A DNA stretch of 64,000 nucleotides from Candidatus Saccharimonadota bacterium. GTDB lineage: Bacteria; Patescibacteriota; Saccharimonadia; Saccharimonadales; Saccharimonadaceae. Location of the stretch: assembly GCA_017431745.1 (NCBI GenBank), contig JAFRKK010000003.1:3927-67926 (forward strand), given 5' to 3'. The notes under the pieces were generated by a model. It saw only the letters and a program-made list of their open reading frames with translations, was not told where the DNA came from and searched no databases. This document shows positions 56,276-64,000 of the stretch, piece by piece. How positions within the stretch are numbered: the stretch's first letter is position 1; the number at the start of each line of letters is the position of its first letter. The position numbers and the translations under genes are program-made.

Positions 56276-56644
56276 ATGATTCAGCAAGAAAGTAGACTAA
56301 AAGTTGCCGATAACTCTGGCGCGAAAGAGCTTGGAGTAATCCGAGTGCTCGGTGGCACTCGTGCACGATATGCTAGAGTTGGTGATATTGTGACTTGCTC
56401 AGTCAAGGAAGCATCACCTACTGGCAACGTAAAGAAAAAAGCAGTGGTTCGTGCGGTAATTGTACGAACGGTAGCACCAATTCGTCGTCCGGATGGTTCA
56501 ACGATTCGATTTGACGAAAACGCAGCAGTGCTTGTGAACGAAGACAAAACTCCAAAGGGAACTCGTGTCTTTGGTCCGATCCCGAGAGAGTTGCGTGACG
56601 CTGGCTTTACGAAGATTATTAGCTTAGCACCGGAGGTACTATAA
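56276..56644 (+). CDS. rplN: 50S ribosomal protein L14
   Basis: [34 protein letters not shown]. Confidence 0.99.
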   Translation: MIQQESRLKVADNSGAKELGVIRVLGGTRARYARVGDIVTCSVKEASPTGNVKKKAVVRAVIVRTVAPIRRPDGSTIRFDENAAVLVNEDKTPKGTRVFGPIPRELRDAGFTKIISLAPEVL

Positions 56645-56950
56645 ATGAGTAAAAGTTTGAAGATTAACGACAAAGTTTTAGTTATTTCCGGCGATAATAA
56701 AGGTAAAGAAGCTAAAATTGTAAAGATTGACCGTGCGGCTGGCAAGGCGTGCCTTGAAGGTATTGAAGTGCGTGAGCGCCATATGCGCAAATCGTATTTG
56801 AATCCAGCTGGCGGTAAGAAAACCATTCATGTAGGTATCGATTTGTCGAATTTGAAGCTAGTGGAGGCGGCAAAGTCCGTGAAGCCAGCTGTGAAAAAAG
56901 TTGACAAAAAGGCGAAATCTACAGATAAGAAAAAGAAAGGAGCTAAGTAA
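56645..56950 (+). CDS. rplX: 50S ribosomal protein L24
   Basis: DKVLVISGDNKGK, LEGIEV, IDLSNL. Confidence 0.93.
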   Translation: MSKSLKINDKVLVISGDNKGKEAKIVKIDRAAGKACLEGIEVRERHMRKSYLNPAGGKKTIHVGIDLSNLKLVEAAKSVKPAVKKVDKKAKSTDKKKKGAK

Positions 56951-57591
56951 TGGCGGAAAAGAAAACGGCTGCCAAGACTGAGGCTAAAAAGCCAGCTGCG
57001 AAAGTTGCTAAGGCTACTAAAGCTGCAGTTAAAGCTGGGCCACGCCTCAAAGCTCTCTATAATAACGAGCTGAAGGCGAAACTAAAAAAGGAGCTTGGTC
57101 TTTCGAATATCAACCAGGTTCCGGAGTTGACAAAAATTATTGTCTCTTCTGGTGTTGGTAAAAAGCGTGAAGACAAGAGATTCACTGAAACAGTGGCTTT
57201 GACGCTTGAAAAAATTACCGGTCAGAAGGCGACTTCTAGGCTCGCGAAGAAATCAATTGCGACCTTTAAGATTAGGAAGGGGATGGGTGCGCCAGTTGGC
57301 TATCTTACGACTCTTCGCAATGATAAGATGTATGAATTTGTCGATCGTTTGATTAATGTGGCTTTGCCACACGTGAGGGATTTCCACGGTGTATCTCGCA
57401 AGGCGTTTGATGCTCAGGGGAATTATAGTTTGGGTCTAAGAGAACAGACTGTATTTCCGGAAATCACTTTTGAAGACGCTTCGGTGCTTCACGGGCTTGA
57501 AGTGACGTTTATTATTAAAAATGGTTCAAAGGAAGGAAGTCTAAAATTGTTAGAGCTTTTCGGAATGCCGTTTGAGAAGGAGGGTAAGTAG
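56950..57591 (+). CDS. rplE: 50S ribosomal protein L5
   Basis: QVPELTKII, ITGQKA, FKIRKG, LPHVRDFHG, DAQGNYSLG, FGMPF; Lys/Ala-rich N-terminal extension. Confidence 0.98.
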   Translation: MAEKKTAAKTEAKKPAAKVAKATKAAVKAGPRLKALYNNELKAKLKKELGLSNINQVPELTKIIVSSGVGKKREDKRFTETVALTLEKITGQKATSRLAKKSIATFKIRKGMGAPVGYLTTLRNDKMYEFVDRLINVALPHVRDFHGVSRKAFDAQGNYSLGLREQTVFPEITFEDASVLHGLEVTFIIKNGSKEGSLKLLELFGMPFEKEGK

Positions 57592-57861
57592 ATGGCGAAG
57601 AAATCTGCAGTAAACCGCGACGAAAAACGGCGCAAGATGTACGAAAAATACAAAGATAAACGGGCAGCATTAAAAGCGGCTGGTGACCTTGAGGGGTTGC
57701 AGAAGCTTCCACGCAACTCTAGCCCAACTCGGCTCAAAAACCGTGATATGCTAGATGGTCGTCCGCGCGGTTATATGCGTCGGTTTGGACTTAGTCGTAT
57801 TAATTTCCGGGAAAAAGCAAGTAAAGGCGAAATTCCTGGTGTAACTAAGAGTAGCTGGTAA
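57592..57861 (+). CDS. rpsN: 30S ribosomal protein S14, zinc-independent (C-) form
   Basis: MAKKS...[13 protein letters not shown]...[15 protein letters not shown]...[11 protein letters not shown]; no Cys. Confidence 0.97.
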   Translation: MAKKSAVNRDEKRRKMYEKYKDKRAALKAAGDLEGLQKLPRNSSPTRLKNRDMLDGRPRGYMRRFGLSRINFREKASKGEIPGVTKSSW

Positions 57862-57878
57862 GGAGAAAGGAGAGAAAT

Positions 57879-58280
57879 ATGTCATTACAATCTACAGATC
57901 AAATCGCTGATTTACTCACTCGTATTCGTAATGCGGTGATGGTTGGCAAAAATGAAATTCTCGTCCCGACTTCTAAATTGAAGGCTGGGGTGGTAGAAGT
58001 ACTTGCGAAAAATGGCTATGTGGCTTCATTTGAAGTTATTGATGGCTCGCCTCGTGGGATGCTTAAAGTTGTGATTAACGAACCAGGGACGGTCGCCAAA
58101 ATTAACGAGATTTCAAAAGTTTCAAAGCCAGGGCGAAGGGTGTATTCGTCGGCTGACGAGTTGCCAGTAGTGAAGTCTGGACGAGGGATGGTAATTGTAT
58201 CTACTTCTAAAGGTTTGATGACTGGACGTGAGGCGAAGAAGAATCGCCTTGGTGGTGAAGTCTTGGTTAAGGTTTGGTAA
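57879..58280 (+). CDS. rpsH: 30S ribosomal protein S8
   Basis: DQIADLLTRIRNA, SKPGRRVY, STSKGLMT...LGGEV. Confidence 0.98.
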   Translation: MSLQSTDQIADLLTRIRNAVMVGKNEILVPTSKLKAGVVEVLAKNGYVASFEVIDGSPRGMLKVVINEPGTVAKINEISKVSKPGRRVYSSADELPVVKSGRGMVIVSTSKGLMTGREAKKNRLGGEVLVKVW

Positions 58281-58458
58281 AAATAGTAAAGTAATTATTT
58301 GCTTTTCTCAGCGTTGAAATACGCGCCAAGATAAAAAATACAACACTCGTCGGATTGTTTCGGAAATTACAGTTTCCTCAACAATCTGGAGAGTTGTATT
58401 TTTTATATGGGCGATTTCAAATGCTTCGAAAAAGCAAATAATTACTTTACTAGATTTT
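58278..58458. repeat. About 180-bp imperfect palindrome directly after rpsH
   Basis: Perfect 23-bp arms at 58284-58306 and 58430-58452; inner arms ATAAAAAATACAAC/GTTGTATTTTTTAT-like; apical TTCGGAAA...TTTCCTCA. Confidence 0.9.
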
Positions 58459-58588
58459 GCTAAACGCTTATTGTTGACTCTTCTTTTTTTATGCGATAAA
58501 ATCGAGGTATTAATAGAGTGTAAGGAAGGTCATGGTGGAGCCTTAGAGACTCTTTTGTATATTTAATCAACATAACCAAAGGAGGAAT

Positions 58589-61500
58589 ATGGGTATGAGA
58601 TTAATATCAACTTTAAAGAGGGCCAAGTTTATTGCTGCGGCGATGGTTTTGCTTCCTGCGACAATGCCGGTGTTGCCAATTAGAAAGGCTTGGGCAGACG
58701 CAGGCGACCTTGCAAGTTGCTTGTCCAGCACTGAGAATACCTGTACATTGCAAGGTGACGAGACAATGAGCGATTTGTTTACGTTGGATCGTGATTTGAC
58801 GATTAATTTGAATGGATACAAGATTTCGTCCAGTAGTACGGCGAAATTTTTTGAAGTGAAAGGACATACGCTGAACATTGTCGGCCCGGGGTCGATTGTA
58901 ACTACGAACACTGCGAATACAGGGATTATTCGAGTTCTTGGTACTGATACCGCTGATTCGGGCAGTACTGGAGTGACGGTTGGCCAGAACGTGACTTTGT
59001 CTGGTCCAAATCCGATTGTAGTTTATAATAATAATGGTACGGCCTACAATACACAGATTGATGTTTATGGTACTTTGAATGGGCAAAATGCTGGCATCTG
59101 GATGATTGGAACAATTGCCAACAAGGTAAATTATCCGGTTGTGAATATTCATGACGGAGCGGTGATTTCTGCAAATAATACAGATAGTGTTGCGGTTTCA
59201 GCGATGGGTTATGCAGAATGGAATATTGGTGCTGCTACGATTACTGGTACTGGCTCTGGTATTGGTATAAAAGCTGGTATTGTTAATATTGAAGGTGCAA
59301 CTGTTAAAGGTACTGGCAATCCAGCGATTTTGCCGCCAGCAACCTATAATAATGGTATTAATCCTTCAGGTGCAGCAATTCAGATAGAAAAGAATGCTGG
59401 ATATGCTGGTGGGGTAGAACTAAGCATCAGTTCTGGGACATTTACGTCTGATTATAATGATGCAGTTTATATTTATGGCTCGGCAGAAAGCGCCATTGAT
59501 TCGATTGAGATTTCTGGCGGTACTTTTAGTGATCCAAATATGTTACCAACTGAGCTTGAAGAAGGAAAAGTTATTTATAAAGTCGGCAGTAATTATGTTG
59601 TAGATGATGCGCCGAGCTATGAACTACCTGCTAGAATCATGATGGAAGCTGGTACTTATACTTTTGCTGGAATGAAAGACGATGCTATTGTACAGAAATA
59701 TGGCAAGGTTGAGGCGCATTACCATGACTATTCGAGTCCGGCGCCAGTTTTTGATAAGGCGGCGGGGACTTTGACCTCTAATCGCGAAGTGTATGGTGCA
59801 GCAAATTTGACCTATGATATTTACGAATCGGTAGGAGGCGTGGTTACTCCAACTGACAAGTATAATCAAAAGGTTGTGTTTGACACTTATTCCGTGAGTA
59901 AGGTTGGGCCACAATACGTAAAGATGGGTACGCCAATTACAAATTTGGAAATCAAGTCGAAGATGACCAAGTTTGGTAACGATGAGTTTACGAGTATCGC
60001 TGTAACAACTGAATATGGAAGTATTGCGACCATTTCAGAGAATGCTGACGGTACATATACGCTTACTGGTGTGAAGCCGGGAAGTACTAAGATTTACGCT
60101 ACGATTACCGATATCGACGGGACCGTTGAACCTCAAATTGTTGAGCTAGGCACAGTTTATGTATGGGATCTTGTAACAGAGAATTTTGTTGATAATTATG
60201 ACCTAGGTAATCTAGTAACTAAGACCCCTATATTTAAGGTTTATGATGAAGGTGGTTCGATTTCGACGGTTGTCAAAGATGCTAGCGGCAATCCGGTGAG
60301 TGATATTATCGTTCAGCGTGATGACACTACTGGTAGATTTAGATTGAAAGGGGATAAGAATACTAGACCGGGACTTTACACGGTAGAATTTATTGATACC
60401 GTAGGTGGCGAAGTGGTAGACAGATTGACTACGACTGTGCGAGTGCATAGCATAAATATTACCGGTAGCTCTGAACACTATATTGTTATGACTCGTGATC
60501 CATCACATCAGGACCAAAATAGGCTGAATCTTAACGTTGTGGAAGAGAATGGATTTACGGAGAACCGAGATATTACGGCTAGTGTGGGTGGCTTGCCGGT
60601 AGATGGCCTGACTCCTTCCTATCAGCACCTAGGGAATTGGCGGCTTACTGGTAATGAGGCTGGTGCGTATACTGTGACGTTTAGTGATGGTTATGCTTCG
60701 GCTAAATATAAAGTGTTTGTGATGAAATTTACCTTTGGACAGGATAGCTATCACGTACGATTAGCTGAGGATGAACCGTATATTGCAGTGAACGCATTTA
60801 ACCAATACTGGCACGATATCAATGCGGCTGAACATCGTTTGGATACCTATTTCAAGGTAGTAAAGGATGAGGGCAATATTGATGTAACGAACGGGTATGT
60901 TTCGATGAAAATGGACCCGGCAGTATCTGGACAAGGTGAAGATTATCGGTTTTACTGGTGTGATGATGATAATTGTTTGAGTGCTGGTAACTATACTATT
61001 CATTACAGTGCCGACGCAAATGGTGGAAGCGTGGCTGCTAATGGTAAGACTGCGACTAAGAATGTTCGGCTTCACATCTACAATATGGTGGCACCTGATT
61101 ATGACACTCGTTATGCTAAGGTAAATGACACTATTGATGTGGACGTGCACGATGAGAATGATCGTGGAGACGTGACAGCTACGATTGAAGCGATTTCTGG
61201 AGATGCAGATGGGCTTAGCTTTGCTACAAGCGGCTTTGGCCCGTGGGCGACTACAGATTATACGCGTCTAGAAGCGAACAAGCCTGGCGTGTACATGGTA
61301 CATTACACTGATAGAATGGCAAATGGTGAGATTGTAGGCACTTACGATTTGCGTGTGGTAGTAATTGAAGTTGAGGAACAAACCTTGCTAGTAGCAGAGG
61401 GTGAGACAATCGATATTACTGGTAGCGCCGATTGGAGTGCATCATATGCTGTTGACGCGACTTCGGGCGAAGAATATACTGCCGAGGACGGAGTGATTAA

Positions 61501-62395
61501 GTTTGATACTACTGGAATGAAGCTTGGTCGTCATGAGGTGTCGGTGGCGCACGATTTTGAAGAATATGAGGAAGAGGGTTATCCGGTAGCACGCGAAACG
61601 GTGAAAAAAGTGAATGTGGTAGTCTACAAAATCGACTCTGATCCGGTAAGCGATCCAGAAGGTGTGACCAGTGATACTATCAAGGATCTCTTTGACACCT
61701 TGAATGACGAAGGATTGGCGGACGACCTTTTGGAAAGTAGTTTCTGGCGACTTTGGAATATGGCTAACCGTGATGATGTGAAGGCGCTATTTGGCCCATC
61801 ACGAACTGAGGCATTTAGCGCATTGAGAAGTTTGCGTAATGCGGTTTTGGAAGGTCGAAAAGTCTCAACCTTTGTAGATGTACGTGAATTGACTGAAGAA
61901 GAAGTTGAAACCTTGGTGGATGAGCAGCTGAAAGATTTGGTTAAGGTAATGGATAGCGAAGGGAACGCCACTTACTACGATGTAAATATATTCATGGTGG
62001 TAAATGAAGAGATTCTTGGGATGATGCATCAACTAAATAGCCCTATTACGGTGTGCTTGGGTGAGGTAGAAGGCCCTGCGGATGGATACTCTCGTCAGTT
62101 TACCGTTATACGTCAGCATGCTGGAGAAACTCCAGAGGTGATGACGGAAGGCTTAAGGGCAGATGGTGGGTTCTTCGTCGAAGATGGCAAACTTTACATT
62201 GTGTCTAGCAAGTTCTCACAGTACGCAATGTTCTATGAGGATACTTTGAATCCAATTCCGCCAAAGGCGCCAGACACAGGTAACGAGGCTAAGGTTGATG
62301 GAGCGGCAACGGTGATGAGCTTAGGCGTTACGATGCTACTGGTCTTATCCTTGATGACGTTAGCGGGCAGCGTAGTGGCCGCGAAGCGGAAATAG
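58589..62395 (+). CDS. Large secreted surface protein/adhesin (beta-helix N-domain, Ig-like repeats, sortase-like C-terminal signal)
   Basis: Signal peptide ending AWA, Gly/Thr/Asn-rich beta-strand repeats, C-terminal PPKAPDTG + hydrophobic helix + KRK. RBS AAAGGAGG; promoter TTGACT-17-TAAAAT at 58474-58502. Confidence 0.85.
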   Translation: MGMRLISTLKRAKFIAAAMVLLPATMPVLPIRKAWADAGDLASCLSSTENTCTLQGDETMSDLFTLDRDLTINLNGYKISSSSTAKFFEVKGHTLNIVGPGSIVTTNTANTGIIRVLGTDTADSGSTGVTVGQNVTLSGPNPIVVYNNNGTAYNTQIDVYGTLNGQNAGIWMIGTIANKVNYPVVNIHDGAVISANNTDSVAVSAMGYAEWNIGAATITGTGSGIGIKAGIVNIEGATVKGTGNPAILPPATYNNGINPSGAAIQIEKNAGYAGGVELSISSGTFTSDYNDAVYIYGSAESAIDSIEISGGTFSDPNMLPTELEEGKVIYKVGSNYVVDDAPSYELPARIMMEAGTYTFAGMKDDAIVQKYGKVEAHYHDYSSPAPVFDKAAGTLTSNREVYGAANLTYDIYESVGGVVTPTDKYNQKVVFDTYSVSKVGPQYVKMGTPITNLEIKSKMTKFGNDEFTSIAVTTEYGSIATISENADGTYTLTGVKPGSTKIYATITDIDGTVEPQIVELGTVYVWDLVTENFVDNYDLGNLVTKTPIFKVYDEGGSISTVVKDASGNPVSDIIVQRDDTTGRFRLKGDKNTRPGLYTVEFIDTVGGEVVDRLTTTVRVHSINITGSSEHYIVMTRDPSHQDQNRLNLNVVEENGFTENRDITASVGGLPVDGLTPSYQHLGNWRLTGNEAGAYTVTFSDGYASAKYKVFVMKFTFGQDSYHVRLAEDEPYIAVNAFNQYWHDINAAEHRLDTYFKVVKDEGNIDVTNGYVSMKMDPAVSGQGEDYRFYWCDDDNCLSAGNYTIHYSADANGGSVAANGKTATKNVRLHIYNMVAPDYDTRYAKVNDTIDVDVHDENDRGDVTATIEAISGDADGLSFATSGFGPWATTDYTRLEANKPGVYMVHYTDRMANGEIVGTYDLRVVVIEVEEQTLLVAEGETIDITGSADWSASYAVDATSGEEYTAEDGVIKFDTTGMKLGRHEVSVAHDFEEYEEEGYPVARETVKKVNVVVYKIDSDPVSDPEGVTSDTIKDLFDTLNDEGLADDLLESSFWRLWNMANRDDVKALFGPSRTEAFSALRSLRNAVLEGRKVSTFVDVRELTEEEVETLVDEQLKDLVKVMDSEGNATYYDVNIFMVVNEEILGMMHQLNSPITVCLGEVEGPADGYSRQFTVIRQHAGETPEVMTEGLRADGGFFVEDGKLYIVSSKFSQYAMFYEDTLNPIPPKAPDTGNEAKVDGAATVMSLGVTMLLVLSLMTLAGSVVAAKRK

Positions 62396-62421
62396 TCTAA
62401 AACTAGGACAGGGGGTGAACA

Positions 62422-62496
62422 TTGACAAAAATAAAAAAGTGTGCTATAATCTAGAGTAGCATATTCGAAAATCCCCTCTTACTTGAGGGGATTTTT
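62422..62496 (+). promoter_or_regulatory. Consensus sigma70 promoter followed almost immediately by an intrinsic terminator
   Basis: TTGACA (62422-62427)-17-TATAAT (62445-62450); hairpin AAAATCCCCTC-TTACTT-GAGGGGATTTT at 62468-62495. Confidence 0.75.
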
Positions 62497-62598
62497 GGTG
62501 GAAAAGTTTGATTATTTGGCTGAATTTTGGCTGAAAATAGTCTTGTTTTTTGTAAGTATAAACGGTATAATGGGATTAATAATAAGTGGAGGTTATTA

Positions 62599-63999
62599 AT
62601 GGTAAAACATAAAATTGTTTATGCATTGTCAGCGGTAGCTATGACATTGGGGTCGGGAGTTTTGACTCCGGCGGTATTCGCGGATGCAACACCGACATCC
62701 TGTGAAGGTATCGACAATTGTGAAGAAATAAGCACAGCTGAAGACTTGGCGAGCTTCTTCATTGCGACTGGTGAAGGAAAATTTGTAACTCGTGACGGCG
62801 CGTCAACGATGATTATTAGTGACGATTTTACGATGGGGGCTGACTATTACATCAAAGATGTAGACTTATCGATTTATCTAGGTGACCATACAATTACGAT
62901 GAATGATTATTCGTTTTTGTTCTATAGTAGTTCAGTGAAGATTTATGGTGATAAAGGTTCCATGACGAATGCTGATGCTTACTATGCCCCACTTTATTTC
63001 CGTGATGCATCTACCGGTGAAATCAATGGCGGAACATTTAGCGGCGGTCAATCTGCTATTATAAATGGCGAAGATACATACGAACCAGAACCTGCTGTTT
63101 ATTTGGAGAATGGAGCAAAGTTGGTTTTAAATGGTGGTACTTTAACTGCTAAAACATGGGCATTGAATGCTTTTGCTGACACGGAGTTCACTATGAATGG
63201 TGGTAAGGTTTCTGCGACAGGTGATGGCAGTATTGCGATTTCAGGAAATGGAACGACTGATCCCGCAAGTAGTAACTATGGAGGAAATGCAAAATTCACA
63301 ATCAAGGGCGGGGTTATTGAATCTGGTGAGTTGGGGATTTATGCTCCTCAAGTTAATGGTGTGACTACGATTTCTGGTGGCGCTATTAATGCTTTAACTG
63401 GTGTTGAGGTACGGGCTGGTAGTTTAAACATAACAGGTGGTACGATTATGGTTAAGGATGGCGCAGAATATAAAGTAGAGAAGAATGGTAGTGGTTCGAC
63501 GACGACTGGTGCTGCAGTTGCGGTTGCGCAACACACCACAAGGAAACCAATCAATGTGAATATTACCGGCGGGACATTTGTTGGGCCAGTGGCATTTTCG
63601 GAAGCTGATCCGCAAGACGGTGACCCGGTTGATGTTACTTTGTCGATTAGCGGAGGTGTTTTCGTAGGTGATATTGTTTCAGAAAGTTATGATTTGGAGG
63701 ACTTCGTAAAGGGAGGTGATTATGTGAATTATCTCGAGTCTGAAGGAGGTGAATCATCAGTAGCTATTGACGGCCCTGTTGTCGCAGACACTCCTGTTAA
63801 GTTCAAGACTGAAACAGTTGATACATCTACTTTGAAATTAGTTGATGGAACGGATTCTACGATTGTGTCTGCTTATGACTTTAGCTTAATAGACGAGAAT
63901 AATGTGACTGTTGAAGTCAGTGAGAATGATGGAGTTTCTTTGACAATTTCAGTAGCCTTAACTAATGAACAGTATGAAGCGTTGAAAGACAAAAAAATA
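62599..63999 (+). CDS. Second secreted beta-helix surface protein, related to the upstream gene (not in the ORF track)
   Basis: RBS GGAGG, signal peptide ending VFA, open frame to the last displayed bases (TAA at 63997-63999). Shares G(V/I)E(V/I)(R/K)AG.(L/V)NI.G.T...GAA..V...(I)..GTF with the 58589 protein. Confidence 0.85.
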   Translation, partial: MVKHKIVYALSAVAMTLGSGVLTPAVFADATPTSCEGIDNCEEISTAEDLASFFIATGEGKFVTRDGASTMIISDDFTMGADYYIKDVDLSIYLGDHTITMNDYSFLFYSSSVKIYGDKGSMTNADAYYAPLYFRDASTGEINGGTFSGGQSAIINGEDTYEPEPAVYLENGAKLVLNGGTLTAKTWALNAFADTEFTMNGGKVSATGDGSIAISGNGTTDPASSNYGGNAKFTIKGGVIESGELGIYAPQVNGVTTISGGAINALTGVEVRAGSLNITGGTIMVKDGAEYKVEKNGSGSTTTGAAVAVAQHTTRKPINVNITGGTFVGPVAFSEADPQDGDPVDVTLSISGGVFVGDIVSESYDLEDFVKGGDYVNYLESEGGESSVAIDGPVVADTPVKFKTETVDTSTLKLVDGTDSTIVSAYDFSLIDENNVTVEVSENDGVSLTISVALTNEQYEALKDKKI

Positions 64000-64000
64000 A

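Noticed and set aside
1-63999. CRISPR array, prophage, integrase or IS transposase
   Set aside because: No regularly spaced direct repeats, and no cas, integrase, transposase or phage structural ORFs were recognised. The repeats present are dispersed palindromes.

Overview
Chromosomal window from a small-genome bacterium, most likely a host-associated Candidatus Saccharibacteria (TM7/Patescibacteria). This assignment is inferred from protein similarity and gene content, not from rRNA. Genetic code 11 (TGA is used as a stop). Most of the window is housekeeping: rnj, ftsH, pepN, proS/tyrS/hisS/glyQS/serS, pgi, gpmI, clpC-clpP behind a CIRCE operator, xseAB, recO, rarA, rsmA, secA, murD, prfB, seven tRNAs, and an S10/spc ribosomal cluster that lacks rpsJ and rpmC and stops after rpsH. 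It also carries a complete arginine deiminase pathway (arcC, arcB, arcA, arcD-like). The most unusual observations are: (1) a family of palindromic mini-elements, two inserted in frame inside pepN and a methyltransferase, whose outer arms are site-specific and often mirror the neighbouring gene ends; (2) a coupled three-gene module ending in a minimal caspase/gingipain-fold (GHG...SC) protein; (3) a FISUMP surface protein whose C-terminus looks like a DGR variable region, preceded by a long structured leader with a possible pseudoknot; (4) pervasive leaderless promoter architecture; (5) several promoter-anchored structured RNA candidates; (6) a small island of unknown paralogous genes with an unannotated 21-aa membrane peptide; (7) tandem large surface proteins, one with a sortase-like APDTG signal. 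No CRISPR array, integrase, transposase, reverse transcriptase or rRNA was seen.
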